The notes beneath the pieces were generated by a model, which worked only from the letters and a program-made list of their open reading frames with translations, did no database searches and was not told the DNA's origin. A DNA stretch of 64,000 nucleotides, taken from the IMG/VR virus record IMGVR_UViG_3300030508_000023, one strand, 5' to 3'. The DNA comes from an uncultured virus (IMG/VR IMGVR_UViG_3300030508_000023) (lineage: Duplodnaviria; Heunggongvirae; Uroviricota; Caudoviricetes). The translations under genes and the position numbers were made by a program. The number at the start of each line of letters is the position of its first letter. Within the stretch, counting starts at the first letter, position 1. Shown here piece by piece: positions 1 to 8,783 of the stretch.

Positions 1-2876
1 AAATGATTTTTACTATTTGTGCATTTTTTTTGCAAACTCCTTAAAATAAGCACTTTACCAACCTGTTCGTCGCCGTCAAAGTCCGCAGTGAAGGGCTTTA
101 CAACTAATGGACTGATCCTAATTGAATCGCCAGTCACAATCTGTGGCTCTGCTCCCATTATGTTGAACCGGTGCAAAGATGGAGCTCGACTATACATGAC
201 CGGCCTAGCCTTCATCTCCTCCAACAAAAACCTCTTTGCATAATCGGTCTTTCTCTCCACATTCAGAGCTGCCTGACTAGATGGCATTCCGTGCTTTACC
301 AAGCGCCTCATGACAAACGGAGAATACATCTTCCACGCCATCTTTTCTGGGACCCCGATCTGATCCATATCTAGCTCATCGCTCGGGATAATTGCCCCCC
401 TCCCAACAGTCCCCACTGTATGACCAATAACCTTCCCCAGGAGAGATCCCGTCTTGGGTCCTCCACTCCCCGCTAGCTGGCGAATAAACCCTTTAACTCC
501 CTTCTGCACAAGCTTGGGATGAAGCGGGTCACCAAGCCCCATAACAGCAGCAAGCGAGTCGTACACAGCAAGTCTCTCATTGCCAGCCTCTTGATCACCA
601 AAATCTTGTTTTGATTTTTCGTGAAGATCCCTGGCTGTCATTAGGTCTTTGTATAGATAATTGGAGTCAGCACTCAGCATCATCCTCCCAGCCATAGAAA
701 TAGGGCGATATGCGGCGGGTAAAACCGGAACCTTAGTCATAAAGAAATCTTCCTTCCCAATACCCTGTTTCTTGATTCCAGAAATAATATTTAGCTTCTG
801 TACGGCGCTATTCCTAGTCGTGCTAGATCCATTGCGAATCTTGCTTCTAAGGTCTTGCTCCTCCTTGTCTAGATCAAGAGACCCCAAGGCATCAATCAAC
901 GCTTTGGGCCCAGTATTGCCATTGATCTGTCCCTTGTTGGATAGAATGTCGCGCATCTCGCTCTCAGTCAGCCCAAGTATCTTCCTAAGTGGCTCCTCAA
1001 GGATCGGATTTGGTACTGGCTCCCCAAGATTAATATAGCTCCATCTCTTTCCATCAATTCCATGCAGAGATTGATCCATTAATCCACCTGGTATGGGTTG
1101 GCCACTACTAGGGTCAATAGTCTCAGAATTCTTTACCTCTCTCTGTCCAACCAATTCATCAATATCCTTAGCTTTTAGCGCTTTGATAAAAATCTTTGAT
1201 CCCTTCCTCTCTGTATTAATACCAGCCCCCTTAAGCGTATTAATAAACTTATCATACACAAATGGGACCTTTGGGGCGGGAAGTGGGTGACCCATACGGA
1301 TTGCACGCCAAAGATCTGGGTCGCCTCCAGTACGATAGTTTTGGATATCATACAAGTTCTTTACTGCGCCATGAGACAGTAAGGCAGTTACGTCAAGGTT
1401 TCCGATTCTTTTTGCGCTACTCGTTCCGCCTGGCTTTGTGGGCTGAAAATTTTGATCCACCCCACCCTCATCAATAGCACTCCACTTAGTATCAGCTGTG
1501 TGCTCTAGTTTGTAAAACGCCTGAATACCAGTAAGAACATTGGGAATTTTTTTGCCAGTCTCTGGATCAAATAGATCTTCTGTATCGGATACGCCGTGCT
1601 TCTTTAGTTCCCCCGAGACGAACTTGTGGAATGAATCAGTGGAGAAGGAGGGCATTACATACTTTTGTCCAGTCTTGTGGGCTATCTTACCAAGCATTGC
1701 CTCGAAAACCATCATGGGATTCTTTCTGCCGATTAGGGCCGCTGGGTTAATTAAAATATCAATAGGGTTCCCATCACTATCCCTAAACATCTTGTGATCT
1801 GGAACAATAGACCCAATTACGCCTTTTGCCGCAGCCCTAGAAGAAATCTTATCAGCCTGACTTAGTGGGAAGTCAGCAGAAATATTTGCAGATAGACCAT
1901 GCCTAGTCTCTACGGCATCTGCCACCACACCAGGAACCGACTTTTCCCAGGTCTGACTCTTATCAGAGAATGACTTTTTAAGAATCTTGTGTAGATTGCC
2001 CTTGGCGCGGTCCTCAGCCCTAAGTACCCTAGGAGACAAAGACAAAAATATTGGATCTCCAGTTTGCAATGTTACGCCCTTTCTGGCCATTCCATTCTCT
2101 CCGATCTTATCCAATTGATCTTTTGTGTACCTGTTTGGGAACAGTTGCATAAACTTCGACTTGTCCGACACAACACCCCCCTTATGGTCGACATCAAATC
2201 CAATCATGTGATTAGACGTAAGTTTCTTAGCAGCACCTTCACTCACTGTAATGGCATCCTCAAATGTACCACCACCCTTTCCTGGCATGAACGCTACCCT
2301 GAGGTTCTTACTTAGAGCTAGAGTGCCATCCGGCATCACATAATTAGAGTGAGCCAATGACTGACCAGGCTTAACAACATCCCCCTCCTTCACCAAGGGA
2401 GTATCGGTAGTTTGAGTTTTCCTGTTATGGCTATAGAAGTTCCTCAGTTCTACGTTGTGCTCTTTGCCGTCAGCGCCAGCTATTAGTACATTTTCTTTGT
2501 CTACCCTCTTTATAGTCCCATGCACAGGAGACTTGACTAAGCCAACCTTAGATCCAATCACTTGTTCTAGCGGCTTGCCTGTATCATCATCCAATACCTG
2601 GACTAGCGCAGCCTCTGGATCCTTGAGCGGCAGAGCTTGATTTACGTACTTCGACCCCATGAACAATCTAGCGCCTGCCATGGTACTCCCCATTGGAGAC
2701 AAATTAGAGGCCTCAGTATACAAATGACTAGGAGACATGATCTCGTAGTCTACCTCCTTGGGGGAGGCATAGGTCAGCTTGCCCCGTCTCATTGCAGGGA
2801 TAAACTCTGCAGAGTGCGCATCAAAAGCTCCAGCCTCTTTTAGGAGGCCAGGGAACATCTGTTCAAAAAGATCCAT
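1..2876 (-). CDS. DNA-directed RNA polymerase, fusion of beta C-terminal half and beta' N-terminal/catalytic part (continues beyond the left edge of the window)
   Basis: Hand translation from ATG at 2876 (TAATG overlap with the upstream gene) stays open to the window edge. Beta motifs: ARLFMGSKYVNQALP, ADKISSRAAAKGVI, DILINP, YKLEHTADTK, KRIGNLDVTALLSHGA. Beta' motifs follow in the same frame: VPVLPAAYRP, DSNYLYKDL, GRGAI, DQIGVP, YSRAPSLHRFNI, PFTADFDGD (DFDGD at 69-83). Confidence 0.95.
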   Translation of the reverse strand, partial: MDLFEQMFPGLLKEAGAFDAHSAEFIPAMRRGKLTYASPKEVDYEIMSPSHLYTEASNLSPMGSTMAGARLFMGSKYVNQALPLKDPEAALVQVLDDDTGKPLEQVIGSKVGLVKSPVHGTIKRVDKENVLIAGADGKEHNVELRNFYSHNRKTQTTDTPLVKEGDVVKPGQSLAHSNYVMPDGTLALSKNLRVAFMPGKGGGTFEDAITVSEGAAKKLTSNHMIGFDVDHKGGVVSDKSKFMQLFPNRYTKDQLDKIGENGMARKGVTLQTGDPIFLSLSPRVLRAEDRAKGNLHKILKKSFSDKSQTWEKSVPGVVADAVETRHGLSANISADFPLSQADKISSRAAAKGVIGSIVPDHKMFRDSDGNPIDILINPAALIGRKNPMMVFEAMLGKIAHKTGQKYVMPSFSTDSFHKFVSGELKKHGVSDTEDLFDPETGKKIPNVLTGIQAFYKLEHTADTKWSAIDEGGVDQNFQPTKPGGTSSAKRIGNLDVTALLSHGAVKNLYDIQNYRTGGDPDLWRAIRMGHPLPAPKVPFVYDKFINTLKGAGINTERKGSKIFIKALKAKDIDELVGQREVKNSETIDPSSGQPIPGGLMDQSLHGIDGKRWSYINLGEPVPNPILEEPLRKILGLTESEMRDILSNKGQINGNTGPKALIDALGSLDLDKEEQDLRSKIRNGSSTTRNSAVQKLNIISGIKKQGIGKEDFFMTKVPVLPAAYRPISMAGRMMLSADSNYLYKDLMTARDLHEKSKQDFGDQEAGNERLAVYDSLAAVMGLGDPLHPKLVQKGVKGFIRQLAGSGGPKTGSLLGKVIGHTVGTVGRGAIIPSDELDMDQIGVPEKMAWKMYSPFVMRRLVKHGMPSSQAALNVERKTDYAKRFLLEEMKARPVMYSRAPSLHRFNIMGAEPQIVTGDSIRISPLVVKPFTADFDGDEQVGKVLILRSLQKKCTNSKNH

Positions 2877-3232
2877 TAGGCGATTGGTTGTGGTGGCAGG
2901 GCATTAGATACACTATCAAACACATGAGGGTTTTTGTCGATAAACTTCTTTAGAGTGTCTTGGGGAATCTTTGTCTTCAGCAACTCCATGTAGTGGGGTT
3001 GATTGGTCTTAATCCCAGAAATTACTGCAGGCTTAAGAGCATTTGCCACTAATGGACTAAGACCTGGGACATTGAGATGAGAGTGGCTAGCATTATCTAG
3101 CATCTTATTTACATCAACATTTCCTTCGTAAAGTCTTTTAATCAAGTGGGTTGCATCTTCTCCCTGTATATTAGTCTGAAGATCTGATTGCTTCTCAAGC
3201 GTGTCAAAATAAATAGAGGCGTACTTGTTCAT
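2876..3232 (-). CDS. hypothetical protein, possibly virion-associated (starts MNKYAS)
   Basis: 118-aa ORF with AAAGGA RBS, translationally coupled to the RNAP gene; K-x-A motifs. Confidence 0.7.
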   Translation of the reverse strand: MNKYASIYFDTLEKQSDLQTNIQGEDATHLIKRLYEGNVDVNKMLDNASHSHLNVPGLSPLVANALKPAVISGIKTNQPHYMELLKTKIPQDTLKKFIDKNPHVFDSVSNALPPQPIA

Positions 3233-3243
3233 GTCCTTTTAAA

Positions 3244-3272
3244 GTCTAGCTTGACCATATTATAAAGACAAG
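3244..3272 (-). promoter_or_regulatory. sigma70-like promoter for 2876..3232 and the RNAP fusion gene
   Basis: TTGTCT-N17-TAGACT on the minus strand just upstream of the RBS and ATG. Confidence 0.4.
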
Positions 3273-3291
3273 AGCGTACATAGCTGGTAGC

Positions 3292-3318
3292 TAAAAAAAC
3301 GGGAATTGTTAGTTCCCG
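3292..3318 (-). terminator. intrinsic terminator ending the accessory block
   Basis: CGGGAACT...TTCCCG hairpin followed by a T7 run on the minus strand. Confidence 0.6.
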
Positions 3319-3327
3319 CCTCTTGTA

Positions 3328-3708
3328 TTACTCAGTAACCTTCTCTAGGAATATAATGCCGCCATTATTCCCCAGAGCAATTACTTCCAGCTCTGGCTTG
3401 CCATCCCCTTTTAGACGAGCCGAATACTCATCAAGCATTTTGCTGACCTCTGCGTGAACCTGTTCCATATTCTTCCATATGGAATCTAACTCTTCAGCAG
3501 GAATATCCCTTCCATCTTGCAGTCTAATCAAGACTGACTTGAGCTCCAGATTGGCATCCGTCACTTGGCTGACGTTTCTATCGATCAGCCCCATGGTTTC
3601 AAAATCACCCTGATGCTCAGCTAGGGTTTGGAGGAGTCCTTGCGCAGCAATGAATGCTTCGCTAGAACTATCCAGCCCCCGAATTTGCTCTTCATATTTG
3701 CAATTCAC
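3328..3708 (-). CDS. hypothetical helical protein
   Basis: 126-aa ORF preceded by the conserved leader also seen at 4704-4736. Confidence 0.65.
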   Translation of the reverse strand: MNCKYEEQIRGLDSSSEAFIAAQGLLQTLAEHQGDFETMGLIDRNVSQVTDANLELKSVLIRLQDGRDIPAEELDSIWKNMEQVHAEVSKMLDEYSARLKGDGKPELEVIALGNNGGIIFLEKVTE

Positions 3709-3794
3709 TTTGTTTGTGCCTATTTACTGTTTGGCTTCAGTTTTGTTGTTTACCAAAAAGCCATGGGGGAAAGCCCCCATGGCAATTTGTGTTG

Positions 3795-4187
3795 TTATTG
3801 ATCCATTATGGTTTTTGCCAATAATGCTGAGCTTTCTAGCTCAGCTAGATATTGCGTCTCGATCCGCATCCTGTAAGAATGCAACTGTGGGTGATCCCCA
3901 TATTCCATCCTCACAAGGGCAATAACCCCAGCCAGAGCAGCGAGCCCTGGTTTTGTTTTTGCTAGATCTATATAGACCGTCCCAGATTCATCAGCACGCA
4001 ATATAGCGTGCAAGATTAAAACATTCTTATAGTTGAGAGAGTTTATATCAACCTCTCCGCTGTCCCATCGAGAGACCGTAGCCTGAGACACATTCATCAG
4101 ATTTGCAAATTGTACCTGATTCAACCCGATACTATCTCTTACCTCCCTGGGACTTGGTGGGCTATGCTTCAGTTCAAGTATGTTCAC
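3795..4187 (-). CDS. XRE/Cro-type helix-turn-helix DNA-binding protein
   Basis: VRDSIGLNQVQFANLMNVSQATVSRWDSG is a typical HTH_3 motif; AAGGAG RBS. Confidence 0.85.
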   Translation of the reverse strand: MNILELKHSPPSPREVRDSIGLNQVQFANLMNVSQATVSRWDSGEVDINSLNYKNVLILHAILRADESGTVYIDLAKTKPGLAALAGVIALVRMEYGDHPQLHSYRMRIETQYLAELESSALLAKTIMDQ

Positions 4188-4206
4188 TATTGTTCTCCTT
4201 TGTTAG

Positions 4207-4786
4207 TTGTTTACCGAAAATTATCCTGGTTTTAAAGATCCAGGAACTTTGATTATCCGACGTAGAGCAGTGGTGATTGCTCTCTACTTTGAACTGATGT
4301 CCGACTTCCACTCTGCAGTGGAAATAACGGAACCATCGTTCAGGATAACATAGTTCATATGTGTGTCTCCTTTTGTTTGTTGTTTACCGAAAATTGTCCT
4401 GGTTTTAAGAACTCCAGGAAACTAAATCTACTAATCCTCAGATACCAGATCACTAAGGATCTTCTTGATCTCATTGGGGGTTGCCGATTCCCAATCAAAT
4501 TGTGCAGAGCGCTGACGCAGATTATCTATCTTCTCCTTCAGGTCGATTTGAAGTTGCTTAGCTCCGTCTACCTCCTCTTGCTTGACTGGGTCGCTATAGG
4601 TAGCGACCTTTAGCGAGAAACTAGACACCAGCTCTGCTATCTCTTCGATCTTGTCGATAAGCTTCAGCCCATCGTCCCTGATCTCTTTTACTTTTTCGTT
4701 CATTTTGTTTGTGCCTCTTTACTGTTTGGCCTCAGGTTGTTTGTTTACCGAAAATTGTCCTGGTTTTAAAGACCCAGGAACTTTGA
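4207..4786. repeat. three copies of a ~44-bp intergenic repeat (4207-4250, 4380-4420, 4741-4786)
   Basis: TTGTTTACCGAAAATT(A/G)TCCTGGTTTTAA...CCAGGAA containing a TCCTGG/CCAGGA hairpin; each copy lies between a stop codon and the next gene's leader. Confidence 0.9.
4431..4703 (-). CDS. hypothetical coiled-coil protein
   Basis: 90-aa ORF between repeat copies. Confidence 0.7.
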   Translation of the reverse strand: MNEKVKEIRDDGLKLIDKIEEIAELVSSFSLKVATYSDPVKQEEVDGAKQLQIDLKEKIDNLRQRSAQFDWESATPNEIKKILSDLVSED

Positions 4787-5203
4787 TTAGAGACTATCCT
4801 GAAGACTCCACTCACCATCCCTAACCAGCTTCATTGGTTTGACCAAGAAGGCTGTGAGGAGTATCGCCATAACTATGGCTCCTGGGATAATCGTGGATAT
4901 CAGCACCCCAAATGCTATTGGGACGCTCAGGAAGCTTATGATAGCTGCTCCTGGGATAATCCCCACAAGAGAGTACATGGCGTTCGCCCATTGCATCTCG
5001 AAGAGCTCGCCTGGATAAGAGAAGCCACCAAGCGCCTTAAATGTCCATACCAAGGATGTTATGGACAAAACTAGCACAATACTCCCAATCACAGCAGTGC
5101 CTACTATGACACTGCCGGCTACCAAACTAGCAGCCCAAATCACCATACCCCAAATTAGGGTAAGGAACATGGACGTTGATATACTCATCATTCTATAGTT
5201 CAT
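4787..5203 (-). CDS. multi-pass membrane protein
   Basis: 138 aa with about 4 hydrophobic segments. Confidence 0.7.
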   Translation of the reverse strand: MNYRMMSISTSMFLTLIWGMVIWAASLVAGSVIVGTAVIGSIVLVLSITSLVWTFKALGGFSYPGELFEMQWANAMYSLVGIIPGAAIISFLSVPIAFGVLISTIIPGAIVMAILLTAFLVKPMKLVRDGEWSLQDSL

Positions 5204-5299
5204 ATTTCAATTGCTCGGCTTTGGTCTGTTGAGCATCAGGTTGTTTGTTTGTTGGTCGATACTAAAAATAACTTAATAATCGACTCATAATATTATGGC

Positions 5300-5325
5300 A
5301 AAAAGGGGGGTATTTTATACCCCCC
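5300..5325 (-). terminator. intrinsic terminator
   Basis: GGGGGGTA-TAAAA-TACCCCCC followed by TTTTT on the minus strand. Confidence 0.7.
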
Positions 5326-5435
5326 TCCCCACCGTGATTACTCCCCACACCAGTCTTGCAAGTCTTTCTCCGTTGCTTAATCCCATAAGTCTCCTTTTGT
5401 TTGTTGTTGTTTTACCAAGTCGAATATTATCTTAA

Positions 5436-6092
5436 TCAGTACCCGCACTTTTTATGAGCTACGTACTGGACACTAACGACGTCACCATCATTAAAGAGAT
5501 AGTCCTCAGCAGGCTTTACCCCATTAATGAGATACTCAACACGTTCTGGGCTATACCCCAATGCAGCCGCTATGTTGCGATTTTTTCTAATCGCATCGAG
5601 TCCAGCTTCACGAGGCAAACTACGGACTAGCAAAGAAGTCCCATGAAAGCTCACGTTAATGGAGGGGAAGTTCTCTTTTTGATAAGCGTCTGCATCCCTT
5701 TTGGCTTTACTAAAATGCCCTATTAGAGAATCCAGCGAATCCCTATCTACCCCCCAGCAACTATATGCTGGGTCTGTCTTGGGGATCAACAACACGCTAA
5801 ACCCACGGACCTCAAGAACCCCTCTTAGGTGATACACTAGCTCCGTTATAGTGGCGCTACCCACACCAGCAATTGCCTTCAACCCATGCTCCTGCAGGAC
5901 TATCCCGCTTGGCCCAAACCTCCCAATTACACTGGTGTGTTTTGGAACTAGTCGTCTGCGACGTCCAATCGCAATCTTACCATCCCCCTCTATTGTTGTA
6001 GTCCAGGTAAGACCCCACAACGCAGCAAGTGTGCGAATGGGGTTATCCTCACTTAAAATCGCCTTTATCGGCGGTATGATTCCTTTTTTCAC
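5436..6092 (-). CDS. protein with a C-terminal ubiquitin-like (ThiS/MoaD beta-grasp) domain
   Basis: C-terminal ~74 aa: INVSFHG...AALGYSPERVEYLINGVKPAEDYLFNDGDVVSVQYVAHKKCGY, matching the beta-grasp xxNG...LxDGDxVxI pattern. Confidence 0.65.
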   Translation of the reverse strand: MKKGIIPPIKAILSEDNPIRTLAALWGLTWTTTIEGDGKIAIGRRRRLVPKHTSVIGRFGPSGIVLQEHGLKAIAGVGSATITELVYHLRGVLEVRGFSVLLIPKTDPAYSCWGVDRDSLDSLIGHFSKAKRDADAYQKENFPSINVSFHGTSLLVRSLPREAGLDAIRKNRNIAAALGYSPERVEYLINGVKPAEDYLFNDGDVVSVQYVAHKKCGY

Positions 6093-6116
6093 AATTCCTC
6101 CTTTTGTTTGTTGTTT

Positions 6117-6455
6117 TTACCAGTCGAATCCAACATCAATTTGACTCCCATGATAGGGGTCGTCTATTGAGTTTATGCTGGATCCAAGTGTCCTGATGAT
6201 ATTGTCAGCATATGATTCTGGTTTCTCTTTGAGGACCTTGCTGACCCTTTTGACTTTCGCCCTACACAAAGCTGCCTTCCCCTTAGCAGACTTGAAGTAC
6301 CTCTTCGCGCTCTTCTTCCCAGACTCGGACTGCCTCCAGTCTTTGATGTACTTCTTGCCAGCTTCTGTAGCACTCCACCACTTTCTGTAAGCAGGATTTG
6401 GCTTCCCATTTATTCTGGATGGTGGTCTCTCTGTTGTAGCCTCAGTTTGTTTCAC
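6117..6455 (-). CDS. basic repeat protein (S/T-x-x-G-K repeats), likely nucleic-acid binding
   Basis: SATEAGKK / QSESGKKS / KSAKGKAA repeats; AAGGAGG RBS. Confidence 0.65.
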   Translation of the reverse strand: MKQTEATTERPPSRINGKPNPAYRKWWSATEAGKKYIKDWRQSESGKKSAKRYFKSAKGKAALCRAKVKRVSKVLKEKPESYADNIIRTLGSSINSIDDPYHGSQIDVGFDW

Positions 6456-6475
6456 TTTTACCTCCTTGTTTGTTG

Positions 6476-7087
6476 TTATACTACCGCTATCTGTTCGTAC
6501 TCTTTAATTGCAGACAGGTCCCATACGCAACCCCCAGTGACATCCCACCCCCAAAATGGAGATATATAGTCACCAGTATCTGAAGAGTGCAAAAGCTTGG
6601 GATTTGCCACAACTATTCCTTTGTGTTGGGCTGCTACCCTACTCCAATCAGTTATTCCAACTCGAGCCGCAAAGTCTTGCTCACTACACCCATCTTTGTC
6701 AGCTTTATCCCATTCAAATGGATCTACCATGAATTCCCGGACAAAATCACTTACATCCTCAATTGTATTGAGTACCAAGAAGTCTTGTTTGTGGAACTCA
6801 AAAAGTAGAACCCTTTTGTATATAGATAACCTTTCTTCCCCCCAGTCATCGTCTTTGATTCCAACTAGGAAGTCGAACCACTCGGTTCCGTGTGAGAACC
6901 AAATCCCCCTGGGCTTTCTTCTGGTCTTTTGCTCATAGGGATAATTGAGATTAAGGTGTTCTATCCTAGTTAGAGAAACTGGCTTGTCTTGATACATCGA
7001 CAAGCTGTCCCTAATCTTAGCCCAATACCGCTTATCAAACATATGCCTCCTCTTGTTGTTTGTTGTTAACCTCCAATAGCTGCCCAC
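6476..7087 (-). CDS. conserved viral hypothetical protein (KPxGxWxS...DWxxVA...WDVxxGCVW); real start probably at the internal MFDKRYW
   Basis: Trp-rich motif set that I recognise from large phages and giant viruses; function unknown. Confidence 0.6.
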   Translation of the reverse strand: MGSYWRLTTNNKRRHMFDKRYWAKIRDSLSMYQDKPVSLTRIEHLNLNYPYEQKTRRKPRGIWFSHGTEWFDFLVGIKDDDWGEERLSIYKRVLLFEFHKQDFLVLNTIEDVSDFVREFMVDPFEWDKADKDGCSEQDFAARVGITDWSRVAAQHKGIVVANPKLLHSSDTGDYISPFWGWDVTGGCVWDLSAIKEYEQIAVV

Positions 7088-7119
7088 CCCTATAGGGATG
7101 AGCAGACTTGATTGTTACT

Positions 7120-7596
7120 CTACTGGGGGGGGCGACCCATTGGAAGACCAGCAGGAGAGGGAGTTGTCCTTCTCGACTCATCCTTCGCTTTTTGTGTCAT
7201 CTTGGGGATCGCTTTACCTTTTAGACGACGTATGTCGAAGTCTGCAGGGTCGATCATCTCGCCAGTCTTTGGGATTGTACCCTTGGGCTGAACAAGTACG
7301 TGAACGCACCCATTGGTGTGTTCGGTGAGGCCGATTGCCATTCCTTTGAAGCCGCTAGCCTCATCCTCGACCTCTGTGCCTAGGATTTGACGTGGCATCA
7401 AATCTTCCTCAAGGGTGCCACCATTGATCCTGGAGGCAGCAATGTACTCGGGTTTCAGAGGCTGAAGGGTCTCGGGGTTTAGCCCCTTTGGCTGAAAGAT
7501 ATAGCTTTCATTTCCACTCAGGCTCACATGCTTGTGAGTCAAGCGCCCCTTGATACCAGTTGCTTTGTCCGTTACTGATGTGTTTAGTTTAAACAT
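7120..7596 (-). CDS. phage protein with two tandem SH3-like domains
   Basis: Internal duplication: VTDKATGIKG...FQPKG and VEDEASGFKG...VQPKG. Confidence 0.7.
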   Translation of the reverse strand: MFKLNTSVTDKATGIKGRLTHKHVSLSGNESYIFQPKGLNPETLQPLKPEYIAASRINGGTLEEDLMPRQILGTEVEDEASGFKGMAIGLTEHTNGCVHVLVQPKGTIPKTGEMIDPADFDIRRLKGKAIPKMTQKAKDESRRTTPSPAGLPMGRPPQ

Positions 7597-7626
7597 TTTC
7601 GTTTTCCTTTGTTTGTTGTTTTTGTG

Positions 7627-7926
7627 TTAGACGAGATCCTGCTGTTGTGGCAGGTCGTCTGCGTGTAGTCCTCTCGATATGGCATCTCGCAAGATATCTC
7701 CAATGGAAACATCCTCCTGAATGGATTGTGAAATCAGCTTTCTGAGTTGCACAATAGTTAAAGCATCAAGGTTAATCTCAACCGGCACCCAAGGCACCAG
7801 AGTTATTGACCCATCCTGATTAGCTCGAATGGTGAACTTATCCCCACATTCGATTCCCAATTCTGCCACTTCTTCATCACTGAACTGGATGAAGTATTCT
7901 TCTTTGGACTGCACAACCTTCTTCAT
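7627..7926 (-). CDS. AbrB/MazE/SpoVT-like DNA-binding protein
   Basis: EYFIQFSDEEVAELGIECGDKFTIRANQDGSITLVP swapped-hairpin motif; start reassigned to MKKVVQ after an A/C-rich leader. Confidence 0.7.
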   Translation of the reverse strand: MKKVVQSKEEYFIQFSDEEVAELGIECGDKFTIRANQDGSITLVPWVPVEINLDALTIVQLRKLISQSIQEDVSIGDILRDAISRGLHADDLPQQQDLV

Positions 7927-7957
7927 TTTTGTTTGTTTGCTTGTTTTGGTTTGTTGT

Positions 7958-8683
7958 TTACTGACTGATCTTTTGATCTGATAACCACTTGATCTGCGCA
8001 TGATCGTTGACACACTTACTGTACCTATTGACCACCCCGGCTGTAGACAATAGCGCTAGCGCACCAAACACCACTGTAAGGATAGCGGCAATCATTACTA
8101 AAGTGTCTCTCTGTTGCTGGGATGTCGTGACCCTTTTAACCATGCTTGGCCGCGCATTTTCAATAAGCGAAATGACACTCCCCACAGCTAGCCATCCAAA
8201 TAGCATAACCCCAGAGAATGCAAACAACGCTACAATCAGGTCTGTGTAAAACGCGAACTCGAACTGGTTTATGTAGAACTGCCTACTGGTCTCATCAAGT
8301 GCTGCACTGTATTCGATAATTGGATTCAATTATTCCTCCTTTTTGATTTTGTATTTGAAGACATTAACTGTTGAAGTTTTGTCCTCCTGAAGGACATGGA
8401 CAAGGACCAAAAAGTGTGTTTTGTCTAATGAGTAAACAGGGTTAGTGCTGGAAATAGTGACTTTTGTATCTTTCTCTTCAGCAGCTTCCGTCATACCATC
8501 TACAGCCTCTTTCTGAAAGGCATACACTTCGGGGTACTTGCCCTCGTCAACTTCCTCACCATGTGAGATGCTGTCGTCATCAAAGAGTAAATCCATGTCA
8601 AAGACATTGGGATCTATCACCTTGATAGCTTCTACCATCTTGAGCCTGGTGGGCTCAATTAGTATTTGTCTTAGTATATCCAT
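7958..8683 (-). CDS. two adjacent small genes: membrane protein 7958..8329 and acidic hypothetical 8330..8683
   Basis: Abutting minus-strand ORFs; the first has two TM segments. Confidence 0.55.
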
Positions 8684-8696
8684 TCTTGTTGTTAGT

Positions 8697-8771
8697 TGGT
8701 GTGCCCGACAGGACTCGAACCTATAACCAGCTCTTTAGAAAAAAGCTGCTCTTCCATTGAGCTACGAGCAC
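8697..8771 (-). tRNA. tRNA-Arg(UCU)
   Basis: GTGCTCG/CGGGCAC acceptor, GCTC/GAGC D-stem with A20, GCTTT-TTTCTAA-AGAGC anticodon arm, GGTTCGAGTCC T-arm, encoded CCA. Confidence 0.92.
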
Positions 8772-8783
8772 ACTAAAAACTAA

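Noticed and set aside
19..2843. Several plus-strand ORFs in the track
   Set aside because: Shadows of the continuous minus-strand RNAP frame, which the track missed because it has no stop inside the window.
4207..4786. CRISPR-like array of palindromic repeats
   Set aside because: Spacers are about 130 and 320 bp, unequal, and contain genes; no cas genes are present.
8697..8771. Possible amber-suppressor tRNA (CTA appears in the loop) and stop-codon recoding
   Set aside because: The only register that pairs gives loop TT-TCT-AA (Arg, with A20). Long genes are intact in the standard code, and TAG and TGA end genes normally.
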